DNA of 64,000 bases from Candidatus Krumholzibacteriia bacterium (GTDB lineage Bacteria > Krumholzibacteriota > Krumholzibacteriia > LZORAL124-64-63), in assembly GCA_046484865.1 (NCBI GenBank), contig JAWOID010000108.1, forward strand, positions 1 through 64,000, in the 5' to 3' direction. Made by a program: the position numbers and the translations under genes. Under the pieces are notes generated by a model, which ran no database searches, was not told the origin of the DNA, and worked only from the letters and a program-made list of their open reading frames with translations. Positions 57,781 through 64,000 of this stretch are shown in pieces. How positions within the stretch are numbered: the stretch's first letter is position 1; every line of letters starts with the position of its first letter.

Positions 57781-58485
57781 GTGGCCTTGATCGAGATCCG
57801 CGATCTCTGGAAGATCTACCGCGTGGGGACCCAGGATGTGCCCGCGGTCCAGGGCGTCGATCTCGACGTCGCCGAGGGCGAGTACGTGGCCATCATGGGG
57901 TCGAGCGGATCGGGCAAGTCCACCCTCATGAACCTGATCGGGTGTCTCGACACCCCCACTCGCGGCCAGTACCGCCTGGCCGGGCAGAACGTGGCCGGCC
58001 TGAGCGACGACGAGCTCGCCGCGATCCGCAACCGGCGCATCGGATTCGTCTTCCAGACCTTCAACCTCCTGCCCCGCTCCACGGCGGCGCAGAACGTGGA
58101 GCTGCCGCTGATCTACGGTGGGTACTCGCGCTCGGATCGGGTGCGCCGGGTCGCGGAAGCACTCGCGAGCGTCGGTCTCACCGATCGCAGCCACCACCGG
58201 CCGAACGAGCTGAGCGGCGGACAGCGGCAGCGGGTGGCCATCGCACGCGCGCTGGTGAACGAGCCCTCCCTGCTCCTCGCGGACGAGCCCACCGGCAATC
58301 TCGATTCCCGCACGAGCGACGAGATCATGACCGTCTTCGGACAACTCCACCGCGACGGGCATACCATCGTGGTGGTCACCCACGAGCCGGAGATCGCCGC
58401 GCACACCCGCCGGATCATCCGGCTCAGCGACGGACGGGTCATCAGTGACGAACCCAACGCGACGGTCGGTCTGCCGGCGTCCTGA
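57781..58485 (+). CDS. MacB/LolD-type ABC ATPase (stand-alone)
   Basis: [53 protein letters not shown] after AGGAGG. Confidence 0.95.
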   Translation: MALIEIRDLWKIYRVGTQDVPAVQGVDLDVAEGEYVAIMGSSGSGKSTLMNLIGCLDTPTRGQYRLAGQNVAGLSDDELAAIRNRRIGFVFQTFNLLPRSTAAQNVELPLIYGGYSRSDRVRRVAEALASVGLTDRSHHRPNELSGGQRQRVAIARALVNEPSLLLADEPTGNLDSRTSDEIMTVFGQLHRDGHTIVVVTHEPEIAAHTRRIIRLSDGRVISDEPNATVGLPAS

Positions 58486-60034
58486 GCCGCGCGGCCCGGT
58501 GCGCGCGCTTGCCGCCGTCATCCGGTCGGAAGACCGCGGACCGGAGGGCGAGCGCCGTTCCGCTGGACCGGGTCGGGCCGGACGCACGCCGGGGTACGGC
58601 GCGTCCGTCCTGGTCGCCGGGGCCGTTTTGCTGCTCGTGGCCACCCTGCTCGCCGGCTGTGGCGGAGGTGGGCCGCGGCTCCCGCGTCACGATGTCGACT
58701 CCGCCGGACCCCTCCAGGCCGAGGTGACCAGCCGCGCCGACTCCACCGGGAGCCTGGTGCCGGCGGTGCGGGTGAGTGTACCCCTGCGCTCGCTCGTCTT
58801 CGTGCGGAGGGACACCGTCTGGGCGGGCGGGCTGCTGGTCCAGGTCACCGCCTGGCGCGGCGCCCGGCAGGCCGGCGGCGGCGTCGGCGAGGCACGGGTG
58901 ACGGTCGCCGACCCGGCGCGGCCTGGCGATGAAGTCCTGGTCTGCGAGGTGCCGCTCGTGGTCCGCGGCGAAGATCCGGTGCGTCTCGAGGTGCACGCCA
59001 CCGCCCTGCGCACGGATCGGGTGTGGCGGCGGATCCTCACGCTCGACCCCGGTCCGCTGGCGCGCTTGCCGGTGACGGTCCGTCGGGTCGCGGTGCAGGC
59101 GGCTGTCGCGGGCGGCGGTGGACCCACCTCCGGCGCCGTGCATGCCCCCGTGGGCCCCGACGCCGCCGGCGGGGCGACGGCGTCGGCAACCGTGGAGGCC
59201 GGGCTTTCCGGAGGCGGTTTCGGCACGACGACCGTCGAGCTGGGCCGCCAGGCGCCCGACCTGGTCGTCGGCGTCGTCCTGACCGGTCGACCCGCGAGCG
59301 AGGACCGACGGGCCGGAAGCGTCGAACTGGTGGCGCGACTGACCCCGCGCACCGGCGACGAGCCGCGAGAGCGCAGCATGGTCGTGAGCCCGGCTCCGGG
59401 GGCCGGCGACAGCGTGGAAGTGGAACTGCTCTGGCCCGGCCGGGACGTGCCCTTCGGACGGTCCGATCTGCAACTCCTGCTGGCGGTGCCCCGGTCGGCG
59501 GATGTCGAGCCGGACGGGCCGGCGGCCGCGACCGACGGCGAGCGGGGCGGGGCGGCCGACCGGCAAGAGGTCTCCAGCGCCGCGAGCCGCGTGGTCGTGA
59601 ACCTGCAGGTGCCCTGGTGGGACGATCCGGCCTGGCGCCGGCACGTGGGCTGGCTGGACGGCGTCGTCGGCGGCGACGGGCGCCGGCGCCTTCGCGATCT
59701 TTCGCCGGAGGAGCGCGCGGCGGCCTGGGACAGCGTCTGGTCCGAGCAGTCGATGGTGACCGGACGATCGCCGGAATCGCTCGAGGCCGAGCACCTCGAG
59801 CGCATCGTCGCCGCTGACGACAGGTTCCGGGGCACCGGTCGCGGCGCCCTCAGCGACCGCGGTCGCGCTTACATCCGGTACGGGGAGCCGGACCGCCGCG
59901 AGTCGCTGGCCGACGGCAGTTTCCGCGGCGGTCGCTGGGAGATCTGGATCTACCTGCAGCAGCGCCTGCGGCTGGCCTTCCTCGATCGTCACGGGCTGAA
60001 CGACTACCGCCTGATCGAGACCACCTCGTTCTGA
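58445..60034 (+). CDS. GWxTD-domain lipoprotein (degenerate motif)
   Basis: LLAGC lipobox; [52 protein letters not shown]. Start uncertain (58445 or GTG 58499). Confidence 0.8.
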   Translation: MTNPTRRSVCRRPEPRGPVRALAAVIRSEDRGPEGERRSAGPGRAGRTPGYGASVLVAGAVLLLVATLLAGCGGGGPRLPRHDVDSAGPLQAEVTSRADSTGSLVPAVRVSVPLRSLVFVRRDTVWAGGLLVQVTAWRGARQAGGGVGEARVTVADPARPGDEVLVCEVPLVVRGEDPVRLEVHATALRTDRVWRRILTLDPGPLARLPVTVRRVAVQAAVAGGGGPTSGAVHAPVGPDAAGGATASATVEAGLSGGGFGTTTVELGRQAPDLVVGVVLTGRPASEDRRAGSVELVARLTPRTGDEPRERSMVVSPAPGAGDSVEVELLWPGRDVPFGRSDLQLLLAVPRSADVEPDGPAAATDGERGGAADRQEVSSAASRVVVNLQVPWWDDPAWRRHVGWLDGVVGGDGRRRLRDLSPEERAAAWDSVWSEQSMVTGRSPESLEAEHLERIVAADDRFRGTGRGALSDRGRAYIRYGEPDRRESLADGSFRGGRWEIWIYLQQRLRLAFLDRHGLNDYRLIETTSF

Positions 60035-60169
60035 GCCAAGCGGCTCCCGGCTGTGGTCCGGCACCTGCCGGATCAGGCGCGACTCAAGTCGCCGCCGCTG
60101 CAGCCGATCCTCATCGAGCCGGGTCGATCGTGTCGTTCACTCCCGCGGCGGCACCGGTCCACACGCCGA

Positions 60170-61459
60170 ATGTACCTCTTCACCTTCTATCCGGTCGGCT
60201 TCGACCCCCCGGTGCGGCGACCACCGCTGTTGACGTACGCGCTCGTGGCGTTCATGGGCGTGGTCTTCCTCGCGGTGCGCCACGCCCCCGGTCTGCTGCC
60301 CGGCTGGCCGTATGCGCTGGTGTTCTATCCCGGTAACGGCGCACCGTGGTCGATCGTGACGGCCGCCTTCCTGCACGGCGACTGGTTGCACTACCTCGGC
60401 AACATGGCGTACCTGCTGGCGCTCGGGCCGCTGCTGGAGGAGAGGCTGGGACGGGTCCGCTTCCTGCTGGTGTTCGTCGGGCTGGGCGCGGGGGGGAACC
60501 TGCTGCACGGCGTGGCGACGCTGGCGGGCTGGTTCGGCGGCGCGGGCCTGGGGGTCCTCGGATCGTCCGGTGCGATCGCCGGCATGCTGGCCCTCGCGGC
60601 GGTCCGCTGTCCGTTCGCGCGGGTGGTGGTGGCGTACTGGGTGCTGGCGGGGCCCCAGGGGCAGTCGCGGGCTGGACGCGCCCGGCTGGGCCTGCCGGTG
60701 GCGAGCGCCGGCTGGCTGCTCCTGCAGGTCGCGCACGCCCTGGTGGCCCACGAGACCGGCGACGGCGTCAGCTACGCCGCCCATCTCGGCGGATTCCTGC
60801 TGGGCCTGGCCGCGGCGGGCACGCAGGGCTTCGCGGTGGCCGGCCGGGCGGAGTCGCGGCTGGTGCGAGGGCGGCGGTACCTGGAGGCCGGCGAGGGACT
60901 GGCCGCCGCCGGCGCGTTCCGCGAGCACCTGGCCCTGGCGCCGGAGAGTCGCCCGGGGTGGTTGCAGCTGGCGAGAGCGCTGTGCATGGCGGGCCGCGAA
61001 GCCGAGGCGGGCGCGGTGTATGCGGACGTATTCCGGAAGGATCTCGACCGCGGGCGGCTCGACCTGGCGACTGCCGTGTTCGACGAGGCGCGACGGGGCC
61101 GCGCGGCCGCCGACCTGCACCCGGACCTGCTGGCGCGCGGCGCACGCTGTCACGACCGGCAACTGGATTTCGCGGCGGCGCTGAGCGCGTACCAGGATCT
61201 GGTGAACGCCCATCCGGATCACCCGGACCGGGACCACGCGCTGGTGAGGATCGTCACGCTGCTACGCGGCCCGCTCGGCGAGCCGGCCGCGGCGGCAGCG
61301 TGGGCCGAGCGGGCACGATCGATCCTGCCGCCGGGCGCCTGGCGCGATGCGCTCGACCGGTTCGTCCCCGGGGGACGATCGCCGGCCGGCCTCAGAAGAG
61401 AGCCGCGTGCACGGCCTCCGGGATCGCCGGCGGCGTCCCCGCCGGAACCAGCAACCTGA
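60170..61459 (+). CDS. Rhomboid-family intramembrane serine protease with C-terminal TPR-like region
   Basis: [22 protein letters not shown] (catalytic Ser), AHLGG (catalytic His); helical repeat C-terminus. Confidence 0.9.
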   Translation: MYLFTFYPVGFDPPVRRPPLLTYALVAFMGVVFLAVRHAPGLLPGWPYALVFYPGNGAPWSIVTAAFLHGDWLHYLGNMAYLLALGPLLEERLGRVRFLLVFVGLGAGGNLLHGVATLAGWFGGAGLGVLGSSGAIAGMLALAAVRCPFARVVVAYWVLAGPQGQSRAGRARLGLPVASAGWLLLQVAHALVAHETGDGVSYAAHLGGFLLGLAAAGTQGFAVAGRAESRLVRGRRYLEAGEGLAAAGAFREHLALAPESRPGWLQLARALCMAGREAEAGAVYADVFRKDLDRGRLDLATAVFDEARRGRAAADLHPDLLARGARCHDRQLDFAAALSAYQDLVNAHPDHPDRDHALVRIVTLLRGPLGEPAAAAAWAERARSILPPGAWRDALDRFVPGGRSPAGLRREPRARPPGSPAASPPEPAT

Positions 61460-62789
61460 GCTGCGCGCCGTCGCAGCGCAGGTGCCACCACAGGTCGGGC
61501 CAGGGCGTGAGAGCGGCGGCGACGCGCTCCTGCACGTCGATCCAGCTGGTGGGTCTTCCTCCCACGAGACTCAGGCAGGCCAGTTTCGGACGCACCCGTT
61601 CCTCGCCGGGGCCGGGCGGCGCCGCCGCGTGCAGCCGCTCGAGGAGCGCCGCCACGGTACGATGCTCGGCGACTGCCTCCCAGCGGAAGCGGTCGGGTTC
61701 GCCGCCGTCGCCGGCGCTGCCCTCCGCAAGCGCGTCTGCTGCCGCCCCGGCGGTGAGGGAACCGGAGCTGCCGGCATCCAGCCACTCGGCGAGCAACGGG
61801 CCGGGCAGGTCGGAACCGGCGTCGGTCACGGCCGCGCGCCAGGCGGCGGCGCGGGACGGATGGATGGTCTGCAGGACGAGCCATGTGACCGGCTCGCGCC
61901 GGGTGAGCGCGAGGGGACGGTAGCTGATCGGCGGCTCGTCGAACGGCCGGGCGGTCTCGATGGGGGCGAGAGCCGCGGGAGAGGGAGCGCGGTCGCCGGC
62001 GGCAGCGCCGCGCTCGGCGCCGCGCTCGGCCTGGGCGTCATCCGAGATCGTGGTGCCGGGGCCCTCGTGGAGACTGGAACCGACGAAGAGGGGTACGCGA
62101 TGGCGGGCGGCGAACTCGACGGCGCGCTGGTGCACCACTCCGCACCCGTCGGCGGCGATGTCGAGCATCTGGGCGTAGCTGAGGCGCTCATGACGGCGGG
62201 CGGCCGCCACCAGCCGCGGATCGGCGCTCAGGACCCCGTCCACGTCCTTGAGGATCTCGCAGCGTTCGGCGCCCAGAGCGGCGGCGATGGCCACCGCGGT
62301 GGTGTCGCTGCCGCCGCGCCCGAGGGTCGTGATCTCCTTCTCCAGGCTCACGCCCTGGAATCCGGCCACCACGACGACCTTGCCCGCGGCCAGGGCAGCG
62401 CGCACGCGGTCGCCCTGGACCTCGACGATGCGGGCGTCGGTGTGGCTGGTGTCGGTGATCAGGCCGATCTGGCTGCCGGTGTAGCTGATGGCGGGGCAGC
62501 CCTCCGCCGTCAGCGCCATCGAGAGCAGGCTCATGGTGATGCGCTCCCCCACCGACAGCAGCATGTCGAGTTCACGCCGGGGCGGATGGGGGTGGACGGC
62601 GCGGGCCAGGCTCTCCAGCTCGTCCGTCGTGTCGCCCATCGCCGACACGACGACCACCAGACGCCAGCCGTCGTCCCGGGTCCGGCGCAGGTCGGCGGCG
62701 ACGGCACGAATGCGACCAACGTCGGCCAGGCTCGATCCACCGTACTTCCGCACGAGGATGCGACTGGCGGTGCGGGGAGCCTGCGTCAT
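61392..62789 (-). CDS. lysC: Aspartate kinase with divergent C-terminal regulatory region
   Basis: [52 protein letters not shown] after GGAGG. Confidence 0.88.
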   Translation of the reverse strand: MTQAPRTASRILVRKYGGSSLADVGRIRAVAADLRRTRDDGWRLVVVVSAMGDTTDELESLARAVHPHPPRRELDMLLSVGERITMSLLSMALTAEGCPAISYTGSQIGLITDTSHTDARIVEVQGDRVRAALAAGKVVVVAGFQGVSLEKEITTLGRGGSDTTAVAIAAALGAERCEILKDVDGVLSADPRLVAAARRHERLSYAQMLDIAADGCGVVHQRAVEFAARHRVPLFVGSSLHEGPGTTISDDAQAERGAERGAAAGDRAPSPAALAPIETARPFDEPPISYRPLALTRREPVTWLVLQTIHPSRAAAWRAAVTDAGSDLPGPLLAEWLDAGSSGSLTAGAAADALAEGSAGDGGEPDRFRWEAVAEHRTVAALLERLHAAAPPGPGEERVRPKLACLSLVGGRPTSWIDVQERVAAALTPWPDLWWHLRCDGAQLRLLVPAGTPPAIPEAVHAALF

Positions 62790-62924
62790 GCTTTGCCTCC
62801 GGTGCGGGGCGGCCGTGTCCGCAGTAGGATAGGCGGCGCCGGGCCGCCGCACAAGACCGCGACACGGCCGTGGTGCGAACGCGCCAAGCCTGGTCGGAGG
62901 GGGGCCGCCGAGGCCACAAATATG

Positions 62925-62953
62925 TTGCCCGCCTGCGACACGTCTGTTACCTT
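62925..62953 (+). promoter_or_regulatory. Candidate sigma70-type promoter for radC-mreB
   Basis: TTGCCC-N17-TACCTT with a TG extended -10. Confidence 0.45.
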
Positions 62954-62974
62954 CCGCGTACCTTCCCCCGGCCT

Positions 62975-63715
62975 ATGGCCTTGAACTGTAAAGAGATACG
63001 GGATCAGGGAGGGGGGAGTCGCCGCGTTCCCGCCCCGCGCCACGGTCCCGGTGCGCCCGCTGCCCGCGAGCGGCTGCTGAGTGTCGGTCCGCGGCCGCTG
63101 GCGGCCTGGGAACTGCTGGCGCTGGTGCTGGGGCCGGGAGCCTCCGGTCCGGCCGGGCGAGTGGCCTCCGCCTTGCTGGAGCGCTGGGGGTCGCCCGCGG
63201 CCCTCGCGGCAGCGCGGCCCCTCGAACTGCTCGCGCTGCCCGGCATGGACCGGGGGCGGACGGCGCGCGTGAGCGCGGCGCTCGAGCTGGGCCGGCGAGC
63301 CGCGGCCGCGGCCTGGCAGCCGGGACTGGCGGTGCGCGGACCCCACGACCTCGCTCCGGTGCTGCTGGGGGAGTTCGGCCGCCGTCGCCGCGAGCACTTC
63401 GTGGCGGTGTATCTGGATGCGCGCCACCGGGTGGTGACGCTGGAGACGGTGGCGGTGGGTACCCTGGACGCCTCGCTGGTGCACCCGCGGGAGGTGTTCC
63501 GGCCGGCCGTGGCCCTGGGCGCGGCGGCCGTGGTGGTGGCTCACAACCACCCCTCGGGATGCGCACAGCCCAGCCGGGACGATCTGGAACTGACGGCGCG
63601 CCTCGATCGGTGCGGCCGCCTGCTGGGAATCGAGTTGCTCGACCACCTGGTGGTGGGTGCGAGCGAGGTGCTGAGCCTGCGCGAGACGGGCTGGCCGGAT
63701 GTCACCGGCCCCTGA
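62975..63715 (+). CDS. radC: RadC-family JAB-domain protein
   Basis: RERLL, ELLAL, VHPREVF, AHNHPSG..PSRDD, LLDHLVV. Confidence 0.95.
   Translation: MALNCKEIRDQGGGSRRVPAPRHGPGAPAARERLLSVGPRPLAAWELLALVLGPGASGPAGRVASALLERWGSPAALAAARPLELLALPGMDRGRTARVSAALELGRRAAAAAWQPGLAVRGPHDLAPVLLGEFGRRRREHFVAVYLDARHRVVTLETVAVGTLDASLVHPREVFRPAVALGAAAVVVAHNHPSGCAQPSRDDLELTARLDRCGRLLGIELLDHLVVGASEVLSLRETGWPDVTGP

Positions 63716-64000
<285 letters not shown>

Noticed and set aside
62975..63715. radC as a marker of a mobile element
   Set aside because: Full-length form directly upstream of mreB is the ordinary chromosomal arrangement; no integrase or transposase nearby.

Overview
High-GC (roughly 70% by eye) chromosomal segment from a diderm bacterium. 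PorV-family, T9SS-type C-terminal-domain, GWxTD and DUF5723-like genes, together with GGAGG ribosome-binding sites and TTGACA/TATAAT-type promoters, suggest a non-Bacteroidota member of the FCB group (e.g. Krumholzibacteriota/Latescibacterota-like; this is inference). Left to right: (1) 258 bp of lower-GC DNA encoding an internal piece of a Tad/Flp secretin (CpaC/RcpA), joined abruptly to the 3' end of a glycosyltransferase gene; (2) a divergently arranged Wzx/Wzy surface-polysaccharide locus (GT2, wzy, wzz, wzx, wecB, DegT | sugar phosphotransferase, cysC, PglF/CapD); (3) rpsO-pnp-M16 peptidase; (4) a TPR/Cys-rich membrane protein plus DUF4388 protein; (5) Ktr/Trk K+ uptake, OmpA/MotB lipoprotein, cysteine desulfurase-family enzyme, SPOR lipoprotein, cyclophilin, GT-C glycosyltransferase, uvrA; (6) gcvT-H-PA-PB plus a lipoate ligase-family gene; (7) a lipoprotein plus DUF5723-like barrel pair; (8) a peptide ABC transporter lacking its binding protein; (9) a 17 kb co-oriented envelope cluster: TonB-dependent receptor - T9SS-CTD-bearing protein - PorV (bounded by a promoter and a terminator), GWxTD protein, exbB-exbD-exbD-tonB, tolC, ABC ATPase, second GWxTD lipoprotein, rhomboid-TPR; (10) lysC, radC and the start of mreB. 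The best candidate for an undescribed system is block 9. No rRNA, tRNA, CRISPR array or mobile element was recognised. Family names come from motif recognition by eye; no database search was run.
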